DNA of 64,000 nucleotides from contig NIVC01003989.1 in assembly GCA_002269645.1 (NCBI GenBank), forward strand, positions 2,146-66,145, given 5' to 3'. This document shows, one piece after another, positions 48,385-61,699 of the stretch. This DNA comes from Macrostomum lignano (Eukaryota). The position numbers and the translations under genes were made by a program. The notes below the pieces were generated by a model. The model was not told the DNA's origin. It ran no database searches and saw only the letters and a program-made list of their open reading frames with translations. Position 1 is the first letter of the stretch. Every line of letters starts with the position of its first letter.

Positions 48385-51300
48385 TCCAATATACTAAAAA
48401 TCCTCCAATCACAATATACTAAATCTCTAAGATCTGTCTGTCTGTCTGTCTGACCGGTATTCCAGTCCACAGCCTGAATGCCTGAACCGATTTTTTTCAA
48501 ACTTGCTTTATTCAACTCAAAATTCTTGTGAGATTGTGTGGGTGTAATTGCATTGAAAAATTCGAATGGGAAGTTGGGTAAATATTCGAAAAACGAGTTT
48601 TCCCAATGCTTTCAATGGAAAGCTAGAAAAGGTCAAATCTCACTAACTGAATTTCAATTCATATTAAGATTGCGCCACAACTTTTGTCTGTTCACTGTGT
48701 ACGCCTCAATACTGGCTGCAATAAGTGAGAGGAAATGCTCAGTGGCTGCGTGTGTACATTCTGACCCTGGCTGACTGGCGGACTGCATAGACAATTGCTA
48801 TTTATAGATTTCACTCAATTGGGCATTGGCTCTGCCTGCACTCAACCTGTGCACACTGAGCAGCCTATCACTGCTATGTATTTGACTGCAGTGCCGAAGC
48901 ATATATGGCTGATTTTTGCGCCCTCCCATCAGTAGGCGGAATAGCCGCACTGTAGGCACTAGGACTAGGTTTAGGCTAGGCATAATCACAATATACTAAA
49001 TCTCTAAGGTTTGTCTGTCTGTCTGACCGGTATTCCAGTCCACAGCCTGAATGCCTGAACCGATTTTTTTCAAACTTGCTTCATTCAATTGCAAATTCTT
49101 GTGAGATTGTGTGGGTGTCATTGCATTTAAAAAGTTAGAATGGGAAGATGGTTAAATAATCAAAAAAAGTTTTCCCTATGCTTTCGATGGGAGGCTAGAA
49201 AAGGTCAAAATCTCACTAACTGAATAGCAATTCCAATTAAGATTGCGCCACAACTTTTCTCTATTCACTGTGTAGGCCCCAATACTGGCTGCAGTGTGCA
49301 AGGGGGAGGAGAATGCTCAGTGGCTGCGTGTGTACATTCTGACCCTGGCTGATTGGCAGACTGCATAGAGAATTGCTATTTATAGATTTCACTCAACTGT
49401 GGATTGGCTCTGCCTGCATACAACCTGTGCACACTGAACAGCCCATCACTGCTATGTATTTGACTGCATTGCCAAAGCATATATGGCTGATTTTTGCGCC
49501 CTCCAATTAGAAAGCGGAGTAGCCGCAGTGTAGGCACTAGGACTAGGTTTAGGCTAGGCGTAAGGTGCAAGGTTCGACTCTGCCTCCTTGGTGGATGATT
49601 AAAATTAAATTAATTTAATTCATTTATAGCTTCCCCTCAACTAATTGGAATATTTTTGTTGAATTCGCAAGGCACACTTAATGAATAATTTTTGTATATA
49701 CAAAATTATTCAAATTCACTAAGCAAATTTGATTTGTAAAAAAACTGCTTTGAGCATTACTTGTCGCATCAATGGGTATTGCCTACTAGCTCCATGAAAG
49801 TATGAAATTGCTAAGTTGCTAAATGCTGAGAAAAAATTAAGATTCTTGAAAGGATCCTTTATTTCAGTTTGCTAAATATACTGAGGAGCCCGCCGAGAGG
49901 TGAACTGCAGACTGCTAAGGGGAACTGCAGATTGGCGAAAAGATCATTCATGCAGACTGCAGAGGGGACAAACTGAAAACTGCTTAGGTAGTTCTTCCAG
50001 ACTTATAAGGCTATAGCTGCAAACTGCTGAGGGGGACTGCTTGGAGGATTGGTAGACTTCTGAGCTGTTGTTTGCTGAGGGGACAGTTCTAGGCTGCTGA
50101 GGAGATAAATGCTTAATAATTGTTATAGACTGCAAGGGGATAACTCCAAGCTGCTAAGATAATGACTGCAGTCTGTTTTGTAGGATTAGAAGGGTTGTTG
50201 TGGGGATATCTCAAGAATTGCTAAGATGTAATGGCTTTTTGGGGCAATTTCTGAGATTTTAAGGCCCATGGAGCATTGCTGATATGCCATGTCTTACTGG
50301 AAGAATTGCTTGAATTGAGGTTTCAAAGGCTTATGAGGGGAAGTGTTGAGATTACAAGGCTGAAGGGGGGAAATGCTGCAATTGCTTTCTTTTGGGGGAT
50401 GCTTGCTATTTAGGAATGAACGTATTGCTTAATGCTGATTTGTGCAAAGACTGCCGATATGTATCGAAAAGTAGTGAACCGATTAGTGAACCGTACTAAA
50501 TTGTTAGCAAATTTTTATTGTAGAAAATATCATTGCAGTTTGCTAAGCAGGAGACTGAGAAGCTGGCCAACAGGAGAACTGCAGATTGTCAAAAGGATCA
50601 TTCATGCAGACTGCAAAGGGGACAAACTGCAAACTGCTAAGGTAGTTCTTCCAGACATATAGATCATATCGTCTGAACGATCAAATCATAGATGTAAAGA
50701 TGTGAGATGTGCAGACGGAGTTCCTCCAGACCATATTCAGAAGCAATGATATGATCTTTTCTCCAGACTTATGAGCGTATGACTGCAAACTGCTGAGGTG
50801 GTAACTGTGGATTACTGTGGACTGCTGAGTAAATTATTGTTTGCTGTGGGTACAATTCTAGGCCGCTAGAGTATGACTGAAGTCTGTTTTTTGGGATTAG
50901 AAGGGATAATTTCAGGTTGTTGTGGAGACATCTCAGGTATTACTGAGATGTCCAGGCTTATTGGTTGAATTGCTGAGATGTCATGGCTTTTTTGGGCTAA
51001 TTTCTGAAAATTTCAAGGCTCATGGGAATTTCTGAGATGTCAAGGCTTACTAAGGGAATTCTTGAGATGTCAAGATTTCAAGGCTTATTGAGAGAATTAC
51101 TGAGATGCCAAGGCTTATTGGGGGAATTTCTGAATGTCAAGGCTTATTGGGAGAATTGCTAAGATTTGATGGCTTTTTGGGGTAATTTCTGAGATTTCAA
51201 GGCTCACGGGGAATTGCTCAGATGTCAAGGCTTACTGGGGGAATTACTGAGATTTCAAGGCTTACTGGAGGAATTTCCGAGATGTCAAGGCTTACTAAGG

Positions 51301-52121
51301 GAATTCTTGAGATGTCAAGATTTCAAGGCTTATTGAGAGAATTACTGAGATGCCAAGGCTTATTGGGGGAATTTCTGAATGTCAAGGCTTATTGGGAGAA
51401 TTGCTAAGATTTGATGGCTTTTTGGGGTAATTTCTGAGATTTCAAGGCTCACGGGGAATTGCTCAGATGTCAAGGCTTACTGGGGGAATTACTGAGATTT
51501 CAAGGCTTACTGGAGGAATTTCCGAGATGTCAAGGCTTACTGGCCTGGGAGAATTGCGTAGATGTCAAGGCTCGAGTTTAATTGCTGATGTCGATGCTGA
51601 CTGAGGGAATTTCTCAGATGTCAAGGCTCATGGGGGATGGCTGAATTGTTGAGATATCAAGGCTCATTGGGGGTGGCTGAATTTTTGGGGGGAGGGGGTT
51701 AGGTTGTTGAGCGATTGTCAGATCTTCAAGTTGTACGGCTCAAGTAGATCATTTAAATTGATACTGGAATAGTAAACAAAAATAATGCTTATTTCTGCTA
51801 ATAGGAAATAAAGGAAATCAGGGATTGGCATATTGAGCTCCTGCTGCAGACCAGAATATGCCCAAGCCAATGAAGATATGCACTAAGAGTTTGTGCTTAA
51901 AAGGATAAGCACTATTTGCTGATTGAAAAAGGGTTTTAGGCTGATGAAGGAAACATTTTAGGCTGGTGAAAGTTTTGATTAATGGCAATTTATTTTTGCC
52001 AGTAAGCGAAAAAATGTAACTTTTGATTAATGGAAATTGAAATTAATGGTTATTCTTGGGTCTAAATAAAAACCACTTGGTGTCAATTTTAAGGCCCCCC
52101 AGCGGGGGGCTAAATGGCTAG
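48385..52121 (+). mobile_element. Helitron G, non-autonomous (3.7 kb), with a duplicated ~575-bp 5' region
   Basis: 5' TCCAATATACTAAAAA; second 5' block starts A|TCACAATATACTAAA at 48986. 3' hairpin GCCCCCCAGCGGGGGGC (52094-52110) plus CTAG|T (52118-52121). Confidence 0.8.
50920..51680. repeat. ~30-bp degenerate minisatellite (GAGATGTCAAGGCTTACTGGGGGAATTGCT) inside G
   Basis: Direct tandem repeat with a ~240-bp higher-order duplication. Confidence 0.85.
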
Positions 52122-52515
52122 TATACTAAAAAAAACTATGCACCTATAGGAACCTTCGTTTAACTTTACTCTGCGTGGTCCGAATTTCGTGGGGTTTTCT
52201 GCACTCGATGCGTATTGATGGTGCGCTGGTACACAATTTTGCTAAGAAATTGCTATTTTTTTGGGATTTTGCAGCAACACTCAAAAGTTCCACCCTCCAG
52301 GCGAGATTAATTTTTTTCACTTATTGCAAGTGATGCAATTTACTACGCACGCGCAAAGCTTATTGCCACTTGGGGGTTGATTGGATCTGCTTAATGGTCC
52401 AGGATGACAACGCGCCGCCACACCGAGCCGATGCTGTTGTTATTCAACTGAAAGAACAGCTACAGCTGCGCCCTCTGCGCTGGCCTTCCCAGTCCCCAGA
52501 CATAAATCCCATCGC

Positions 52516-52925
52516 AATAATCTCATAGCAATAGTCTCATAGCAGTTTTGCGGTAATCTCATAGCAATGATCTTATAGCGGCTCTTCGAAAATCTCATAG
52601 TAGCTCTCAAATAATCTCATATTAGCTCCTCAATAATCTCATGCAATAATATCATAGCAGCTTTGCAATAATCTCATAGCAGCTTCGCAATAATCTCATA
52701 GCAATAACCTCAGCAGTTTTGCAATAATCTCACAGCAGCTCTTCAATAATCTCATAGCAGTTTTACAAAAATCTCATAGCAGCTCTGCAATAATTTCATT
52801 AAGCTCTTTAATAATCTTAAACTAGCTTTACAATAATCTCATAGTAGCTTTACAATAATCTCATAGTAGCTTTACAATAATCTCATAGCAGTTTTACAAT
52901 TATCTCAGCAGTTTTGCAATAATAT
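52516..52925. repeat. ~22-bp degenerate minisatellite (CAATAATCTCATAGCAGCTTTA)
   Basis: Direct tandem repeat. Confidence 0.85.
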
Positions 52926-52936
52926 TACAGCAGCTC

Positions 52937-55171
52937 TTTGATGTAACCGCCCTTGTCGCCTGCCCGCTCCGTAGAGAGACGAACGCATGACTAGAGGGGG
53001 CAATGACCGTAGGCTGCCTATGACCGGGCAACCACCTGACGGACCTCCAGCACCAGACTGTCCCGCCCACATGATTAGTAGCTTTTGGTAGCGCTTCGTG
53101 ACCAGAGGGCCAAGGACCCACATGGACCCCACCTGTAGCCAAGGTGCAATAGTTGGTCACTCGGTCATGGTATGACCCGAGTGGCTGCCACCACTCTATG
53201 TGACCTGGCGCACCTGGATCTTTCTACCAGACCTCTCGAGGCTAGAGCCCCGCCTGGATTGGTTACCAGGGGATTTAGGCTAACAGGGGAGACGCATGCA
53301 GCCGAGTACAGGGACTCTGCTTGGGGCATGATCGGGAACTCTGGGCTCAATCCTGGAGGATTTCTCAGCAGGGGATCCTTTGTGGCTGTGAGCGAGGCTG
53401 ACTTGCGACTTTGATTACTAAGAGTAGTATGAGGCGAACATGTACTGTCTACAGTTTAGATTGCTCAGGGCGAAGGGACGCGTAAGCAGGGGGTTGCAAC
53501 CTTCCTACTGCCATCCTGTGCCAAGACTCGCTAATCCCTCTACTGCACGCACACGCGGCCCCGCAGCACGCACTCACAGGCGGGCTTTGCACGGGGAGAG
53601 GCCATTAGCTTACCCAAACTTCCTTATGCTTTGCCACCCCGGGAGAAAGGCTTAACAAGCCATGAGTTAAATGATGGTGAAAGATTGAATGATGATGAAG
53701 TTAGTTAATAGTTAATAATTAGGCCCTTAGGCGAATAATCAGGCACTTAGGCGGCTTCACTATTGAGTAAAATACAGCAAAAGATACGGTATCACAATTG
53801 GCTCAGCTCTCTAATCAGACAATGGAAAATAGGCAAACCCCGGATAAGCAGAGGCAATTAGAGCACAAATTAGTAACAGGAACTTACCGGCAGCTGCACA
53901 GAGAGAGAGAGAGGCGGAGTGACCGAGGGCGGCTGTAGGCTGCAGTCAGGCAGACAGTGAAGCGGCGATGCGCTGGAGCGACGAGGCGCTGATGTAGATC
54001 AGGCGATGCTGATGATGCTGGGCGGTATCAGACCGCTGGCCGATAGGCGAGCTCACTTGGGGAGCTAAGGATAACTTGGCGGTAACAGACCGCGGACCGG
54101 CAGGGATTCGTCTTATAGACGAATGGGTCAGAACTCAATCTGACTGCAAGTCCAAAGAAGGACGAGGAGAGGAAAAAAGGTTGAAGCGTAGAACGCGAAA
54201 GCACTGACGATTCTCATGCCGAAATCGCTTCCTTTTATAGACCTCACAGCCGCCTCCTCAAGGTCGTTACCATGGCTCCCTCTCTCTGATTGGCTGCCGG
54301 CAGAATGACGTCAGAATGAGTCATGATGAGAAGCATGAGACCGGCATAGCAACATGAGAAATAGGGAAATTGCGCAATCCGGAGGTGGGGTGGGGGGATA
54401 ATTGGCGCAGCGGGTGGTTGCGAAAGTGTTGCGCAAGCAAACATTGAGAACAATAGGGCTGGGGTCGAGAACAAAGGAATTGGAAATCGGGATAATTGGG
54501 GAAAACTGAGAACAATGGAAAAGTAAACATTGGAGAAAAGGTGATAATTAGGTGCGAAAACGAGAACAAAAGAAAGAGAAAATCGGAGAAAATGTGATAA
54601 TTGGTGGGGGTCGAGAGAACAAAAGAAGCAAAAACGAGAACAATAGAAGCGGAGGTGGGGTGGGTGTCGCATGAGAAATTTGGGGAGGAGAACAATGGCG
54701 TGAGAAAAGGTTGCGCAAGAGAGGGGGATGAGTCATCGATGAATCACCGAGGGGGAGAGGGGGTCACACGACTTGCGTCACCGTTCGGGAGTTTGAGAGG
54801 GGATGGGGGACGGTGAGCACACAAAATACTGTAAGTAGACACAGGGAAAGAGGGGACAGCGCAGGAAAAGAGTGCAGAGGGCGAAAAAAAAGAGAGGAGA
54901 TAGAGAAAGTACAGGAAGAATAGGGCGGAAACAGAAGAGATAGGGTAGAGGGGGAGGTACAGAAAGGGGTAGGGGCTCCGGAAAGGCAGGTGTGGCGGCA
55001 GGAGAGACGGGACCAAGGCAGCAGGAGGGGTGCAGCAGAGCGAGAGTCTCCAGGCCCGGTCGGAGACCTGGCCGAGTCTCGACAGCTCTGTGCAGAGGGT
55101 GCACGGGATAGGAGGCACTTTCGAAAAAGTTCCCATGCCCTATCCCGCGACCAGAGCGTGGTTACATCACA
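52937..55171 (-). mobile_element. Long terminal repeat (~2.2 kb), probably the 3' LTR of a minus-strand LTR retrotransposon
   Basis: Inverted ends TGATGTAACC...GGTTACATCA. A polypurine-tract-like AAAAGGCAGTGGGGG lies immediately 5' on the minus strand (55186-55172). No TSD, so not a solo LTR. Confidence 0.65.
54205..54298 (-). promoter_or_regulatory. LTR core promoter: CCAAT box, TATAAAA and initiator-like TCAGT
   Basis: Minus-strand GCCAATCAG (~54295), CTATAAAAGG (~54240) and TCAGT (~54210), at canonical TATA-Inr spacing. Confidence 0.55.
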
Positions 55172-56226
55172 CCCCCACTGCCTTTTGTGACGGAACTGGT
55201 TCCGTCATCATCACTGCCCAACATGGAACCACACAGACGGGAGCGGGATCTCAACCGAACGTGAAATCACAGAATTAACAAACCGCGAGCGGGAATGGGA
55301 AAAGGCGATAAAATAGAGGGGATAGCAATAAATTCACAAAACGAGATACATAGGTTGAAGTGCAATACAGAATTTCAAAAACTTCAACTGTTGCCGTGGC
55401 TAAAGTGGGAGGGGGGAACACAGGCAGCGCAATAGTAGGGAGAAAAATAGCGAATTGTCAACAATAAATTATCATAATTGGATAGAAGCGCAGCTGGGGG
55501 AGAGAGGAAACGGGGAAGGGTGAGGGAAGTGGGGAAAAAGAAGGGGGGAAGGGTTGCTAGCACACAGCCAAGGGCAGAGCCTCGGGAGAACGACAATTAC
55601 ACAGTGGGAAAATACTAATGCAGCGCAGTAAATTAATAAGCTAATTTCGCCGGGAGTTCAACCGCACGGAGGCCTAGCGTCCTTGAAGGCTCGGACCCCG
55701 CTTCAGCCAGTCAGAGGGCTTCGGGGCGATCGGTTGTAGGCTGGGAGGCGCCGCGCCGGGCGCTGGCCACTGTATAAAAGGCGCCACTGATGACGGGAGC
55801 CGGCTGCCTGCAACCTACACGGAGTCGCAGTTTCCAACCAAGGCACTCAGCGCGATTTTCCAAACTATACAACTACTCGGTAAGTCCCATCACCAACCTG
55901 ATTTCCTTTCGCCTGTACGTTAAACGAAATCCACCCACTTGCCATGCCTTTCATATTAAACTGAGCCAATTGCAGTAATAATATATGGCCTTTCTTACGG
56001 TAAAAGTAGTGAGCAGCCAACACAGAGCCATTTTTAGGAACTTTTAGGATAATGACACAACAATGACTCGTATATTGGTTATTAAAGTTTAAAAATGAAT
56101 ATTAGGGAAGAACCGAATATTAATAGGATAATTTCACACACACACACACGACAAACACACAACGCAAGGGGCGGAAAGGCGGGTCGGACCGGCCGGCGGA
56201 CGTCGCTCAGCAGGCAGTCGGCATCC

Positions 56227-57574
56227 TTACTCGAAATGGGCCTCTTGATTTAGCTGGTACGGGCCATATGCCGCCACCTGAGCCATGGCACTGGCCCATG
56301 CTTCCACATAACGTTGGGCTGCCGCGGCCGTGAGCACCACTCGGTGCCATCGGCTAGGCAAGATGTCGTTGCGCAGCACGCCCCTCAACTGCGGCAGAGT
56401 CGGGATGCCCAGGGCCCGGCATTGGACGACAAAGGCCGCATTCCGTACTTGTTGCAGCCGTGTCAGAGTTGGTGCAGACAGGGGCGGCTGCACGATTGCA
56501 AAATGCTGCAAAGTGCCACGGGGCACCTCGGCCAGGCCCGCGTAGCCGGGCTCAACGTCGCCCAGGGCCGCCAACACCCACCCACAGCGGCGATTGAACC
56601 GTTGCGAGAGAGTGGCGGCCCAGGCCACTGTGGCAAACGGCGCATAGAGGAGGGGCGCAGAGGCCGGCGCGGAGGCCGCAAGAATGCCGTCGTGGATGAC
56701 GAGAGCCTCTTCCCATTCGGCGCCCTCGCTCAGGAAGCCCCAGAGCAGCCCTGGCAGGTCCGCAGGAAGCATGCCCCAGCGGCTGGCCAAGCTGGCCAGG
56801 CCAATCAATAGCCGGGCTCTCTGGGTTGGTGTCAGTTGTCTAGTCATCTGAGAGGAGGCTGCGCAGCTGATGATCACCTTCTTGTAGACCGGCCGATCGC
56901 AGGTGCTGAAGATTGCTGTGATGGGGGCACAGGACGGCGGCCGGGCTGTCAGGTGTGATGGTTCCTCCTCCACAACCTTGCGGAGGAACTTGGCGGCCTG
57001 CCGGACTAGGTCGCCGAGGGCGTATTTGTAGGCGCTCTGGGCCGCTGCCTCGATGTACATTAACAGCGTATTGTCAACCAATCCCAGCAGGGCCGCTTTT
57101 GACAGGATGAGCAGACAGGGCCGGTCCAGGTTGTCGCGAAGTTGGCGCTCTAGAGTCGCGTGCCTGTCCTCGGCCTGGAGTGGGCCATGATAGGACTCGG
57201 GCCCGACCCAGTGCACCAGATCCATTGCTGTCGCCGAAGGTTCGCCAGCCACCTGACCCCAATCGACTTCTTCTCTTTGCAGGGCGATGTCCACACTTCG
57301 GCGGCTGTTGGCAGAACATCACGCAGGCGGCGGGCCGCCTCGCCGAATTCGGCCGCCATGTCCGAAATGTCCGCGGTGTCGCCCCAGCATTGGCCGGGTC
57401 GATTGTCTCGTCACCTTCTTCGACCCTGGCGGAGGCCGCCGCTGGCGGCTCGGGGCCGTCCTCCGCCTCTTGGATGGCGTCACGGGGCCGCTTTCGGCTA
57501 ACCGGGCTGGCAGGACGCTCAGACGGTAAGCTGGAGCATAGCTGAATTCGATTGATGGTAGGCTTCGTGTCCAT
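56227..57574 (-). CDS. Unknown protein, ~449 aa after restoring two single-G deletions (~57383 and ~57295)
   Basis: Three overlapping ORFs (57074-57574, 57150-57359, 56227-57294) join as ...PANAG(G)DTADISDMAAEFGEAARRLRDVLPTAAEV(V)DIALQREE... The 1348-nt span plus 2 nt is divisible by 3. GC-rich and intronless; no domain recognised. Confidence 0.6.
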
Positions 57575-57702
57575 GTCAAGCTGGATAGTTCATAGAATGC
57601 TTCAGCGATTGAATGACAGAATGATTTCTCTGATTGATGATTTCCAGCTCTGGCAGGCGTGGGTCTTCTTATAGTGCCGGTATTATGCTTTCAACACTCC
57701 CC

Positions 57703-57766
57703 TACTTCCACTCTCCCCCCGGAGAACTCAAGTATGTTTGAGTTCTCCGGGGGGAGAGTGGAAGTA
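57703..57766. other. Perfect 29-bp-stem hairpin (6-nt loop) between the integrase and the unknown ORF
   Basis: TACTTCCACTCTCCCCCCGGAGAACTCAA-GTATGT-TTGAGTTCTCCGGGGGGAGAGTGGAAGTA. Confidence 0.9.
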
Positions 57767-58045
57767 AATTGTAGTCTCCGTGGGAGAGACTTTGTGGCGA
57801 TCATGTAGTCTCCCCTGGTCGTGTGGTCTCCCCCTAGTGTTTTTTTATCTTTTGCGTTGCAATCTCCCGCATGAACTCTCCCCCACGAAGAGCCGTATTT
57901 AAAATATGTATCGGCACAAAAAAGTTCAAACATTTCTGTAATTTTCTAAACCAAAGTCAAAAAAAGATATATTTTCAGAGATTAGTAAATCCTAGTTAAT
58001 TGTAAGTGATTAAATGAGCAGCATAAATTTGACAGCACTTGCGGT

Positions 58046-59342
58046 TTAAGTGGCCAATTTTAGATGAACACCATTGATGCAACGGGAAATGTCCTCCAAC
58101 TTGTACACGTTTCGGCCAAGCGCTGCAGTGATGGTGAAGATTTTACGGCTCCAGAGAGGCGACATTTTTCCACCTTTACGATCATCACGGCGCTTGTTGC
58201 GAAGCCGTACCTTGTCACCAACTTTGAAGTCGCTGAACTTGGCCGCTCCCAGTCGCTGCTGGTGTGTGCGTACCATGATGTGCTGAGCTCGGCGAATTCG
58301 GCGATAGAGTCGAAGCTTAGTTCGCGCGCGCTCTTCGTCCTTGATGCGCAGCCAGTCACGATCCAGCGTTGGCTCTAGGTAGCGCCTGTCTGCCTCTCCA
58401 TCAGCGAAGTCGGAAGGAAGAACAGCGGTGTGTCCAAAAGCGGCCTTGAATGGAGAGACACCTGTGACCGAATGTTTTCTAGCATTGTATGACAGCTGAA
58501 TCTGTCCCAGATGCGAGTCCCAGTCAGTTGCAGTTTCGTCACAGGATTTGCGGAGCATGAGGAGGCATGTCTGGTTGAGCCTCTCCGTTTGACCATTGCT
58601 TTGAGGGTGGTAGGAGCTGGTGACTCGACGCTCCGATGCACCAGATTGCAAAAGTTGGTCGATGACATGGTTGCAAAATTCTCGACCTTGATCCGATAGA
58701 AGAACTCGTGGCCAACCAAAAATATTAAACACCTCGCGCAAGACAGGCGATCGTCACTGCTTGGATGTTTGGTAGAGCTCGAAAAATGGCAAACTTGGTG
58801 AATTTGCATGTGATTGTCAGGATGTACTTGTTTCCCGCGGAAGACACGTTCGGCATAGTAATGCAGTCGATGCAGGTAAATCCGAAGAGATGCTCAGCCG
58901 AAGATGGGATGCTAATTGGGTGCAATTCACGCGAGGCAGAGCGGAACTTCTTGTTATTTAGTTGACATGGCTCACAATGTTTTATGATATCCTCGCAGAT
59001 GGCCGTGACATTAGATTCTGTGAAAAATCGCTCGTTGAACTTGGTGATAGTAGTCCGAATGCCGCAATGTTTTCCTTCTAGGTGTAGTGCCAGCACCCTT
59101 TCCCGAGTCTCAGGCTCTGAAAAAATGACGGGTCGCTCATTCTCGCTGCGTTGCTTCTGTGAGTTTTCCTTGTTCATGACTTTTTTCTGCAGTCTGCCGT
59201 CTCGAAGGGTAAAGGTCTTTGATTTTTCCCGTATTCTCCGCTTTAGATTCTTTGCTGCTGCACCATTCAGCTGCTCGGGAATGTCGACGTAAGAATTGGA
59301 CAGCAAATAATGAAAAACCTGATTTAGCGAGGCAGTTGCCAT
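58046..59342 (-). CDS. Stand-alone Gypsy-type DDE integrase/transposase, Ginger1/GIN-like, with one frameshift at ~58742
   Basis: Own ATG and a GIN-like N-terminus (FHYL...KRRIREKSKTFTLRDGRL). HHCC (H..GKH...CEPC), CIDCITM, SDQGREF, YHPQSNGQTE (D-35-E), FKVGDKV and RKGGKM..W. No RT or RNase H upstream. Confidence 0.85.
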
Positions 59343-61699
59343 TATTGCGGTCAGCAATGAATTAATTTTTATTGAGACTTGGGACTAATTGGTGCACGTG
59401 AATTAAATAAAGCTCAATTCTATTGATCGACCAGGTTTCAGCTCTACAACCCACCCTCCCTCCGAACCCACCAATTCTAAACTAAATCAGTGAGTTGGAA
59501 TTCAGATTCATAAAATTGCGTCACCAGAATATGTCACAGCTACTCATAGTGCTGCAAGACCTGGGGCTTAAAGCTTAAATGATTTGCCTGCGCTAATGTG
59601 CAAGGTGCGTGTAGGGGTGCGAAAGTGTGCTCACCGAACGTTTATGGATAAGTGGGGGAGGGTGCAAGTAAGGGAGAGACTAGAAAGTCCGACTAATGTC
59701 GTGACTTGCCGTCTCCCCTAGGGAGCGAATTCAAGTCACTCGACGATCGTTTTGTACTCTCCGGGGGAGAGCGCATGAGGTGGGAGAGTACAAAGTCTGA
59801 CACCGGGGCTGGCTTCTCATTGGTTGAGCACACTGGGAGGCACACCTGCTGCGGCCGGGGTCGCCGTTGGCTTGGGACCGCTCGCTTTAGTCTCCGTGCG
59901 CTCTGATTGGCTGGTTCCGCCACTTCCTGTTTCCTCACCTGTGAGCAGGGGGCAGACCCGAGACCACCTCCGTTCGCGCCCGCGCAGATCCGTACTCCAG
60001 CCGACAGAGATCGCACTCCCACCTCACATGCACACATTCAGATCAGGCACACAAATTAATTTGGTTAATATGAATAGAAGAGGGATTTGGGAGATTAGAC
60101 TCCGGAGGATTAATGATGAAGCGGCCCAACTCCCTTCGATTTCTTCCTTCAACGCCACGCACACGCAGTTCTCATCCATGCCTCCGAGACCCTCATAAAC
60201 TTAACAGCCGAAAGAATTTGAAAGAGGAATTAATCATTAATTTGACTGCCACCAGTTTGATGTACTATTATAAAAGAGAAAGGGGAACCTACCACCATCT
60301 TGGCGCATTACTAAAGAAAAGAAAAGGAGGATCAGCCACCATTTTGAGAGAGGTTGCTAGGGAAAACTGCCACCAATTGTACATTAACAGGGAAGAGAAA
60401 GAGGGAACTCGTCACCAATTAGAGTGGATTGCACGGGGAAACTGCCACCATTTGCCCTTCTACCAGAGGAGAGGAAGACGAAAAACTGCCATCACTTAGA
60501 GGTGTATTATTAAAAGAAGGCGGGGAATAAGGCTACCACTACTTGATCACCTAGAGCTCAAGAGAAGGAAAGGGAATGAAGAAATGAAGAAACCCCAAGA
60601 AGGCCACTATCACACGCCATAAAGTTAAGATCCCCATCTATCTACATCCTAATAATTTGCTAGTTTCCTAACTCCTATCTTATCCTTTAAATTCTTGCGT
60701 CCAGGGCTCCGACAGGTCACCGCCGAGCCCATTGTTGAAGAGGAGTCCGACTACGAAGCGCCCGAGGGCAGCCTTTCCGGGCCGGACACCCACTCCGATT
60801 CTGGGTCGGCCGCACCACCAGGCGGAGTCGGCGCCGAGGCGCCCGAGCCGCGCGGTAATCGGGCCGCCAGCGCGCCAGCGCCCGGGCCAGTTGGTCGCCG
60901 GCGCCGCCACCGCTGTCAGGACGAGCCCGACCTCAGCCGCCGGTGGCGACCGTGGCACCGGTAGCCGCTGCCCCACAGTTCTCGCCAGCCTCTATGGTGG
61001 AGACCGATGGCTCCTGGCACTTGGTCGTGCTGGCGACGGCCCTGGTAGCCGGTCTCACCATGCATTGGCTGCTGCTCTTGGAGCTGTTTCTGCGGCTTCC
61101 CAACTGCTGATACTAATCCTTCTCACGCTGACTTAATCTACCTACTCGAAACTTAATTGCCCCACTAACTGACTTTAATTACTTACCTGACCTACAGTGA
61201 GTCTATACCTAGCCTACTCTAAATAAACATTGCTCCCCATCTGTCTACTAAACTTAATTACAATACACACCCCACTATTGCATCATCGAAACCAATTAAA
61301 ATTTTCCCCAAATCTGACTTTCACAAAGTGTGAACAAACACACGAAATCAGACCTAAAGGTGCTAATTTCCTACGGTCCCAGACTTCCATTGTTCCCAGA
61401 AAATCTTAAACAGCGGGACAGGACCTCCTGTGGAGCAGACCCATAGAAATTTTACTAGTTTCCAAGTTAATATTTACTGTTAGGGAATTAACGCATACCG
61501 TACGGGCCTAATTTTCGAGCTAAAATCTTAGATATTTAAACAACACCAACGAGCACGAGGTCACAACATAAATTCGAGTAATAGAGGGCATACGTAAATA
61601 CGCGAAAAGCGGTCTCCAACGGGGCAACACGAGCAAAATTTCGACACGCGAATCGGGGGGGGGAATTAAGCAATCACTGGCTAGCTACCGATCTGTTAC

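Noticed and set aside
55186-59538. TGTGAC...GTCACA as Ginger termini
   Set aside because: Only 6 bp match, the flanks (CTTT versus GCTA) give no TSD, and the left end overlaps the PPT.
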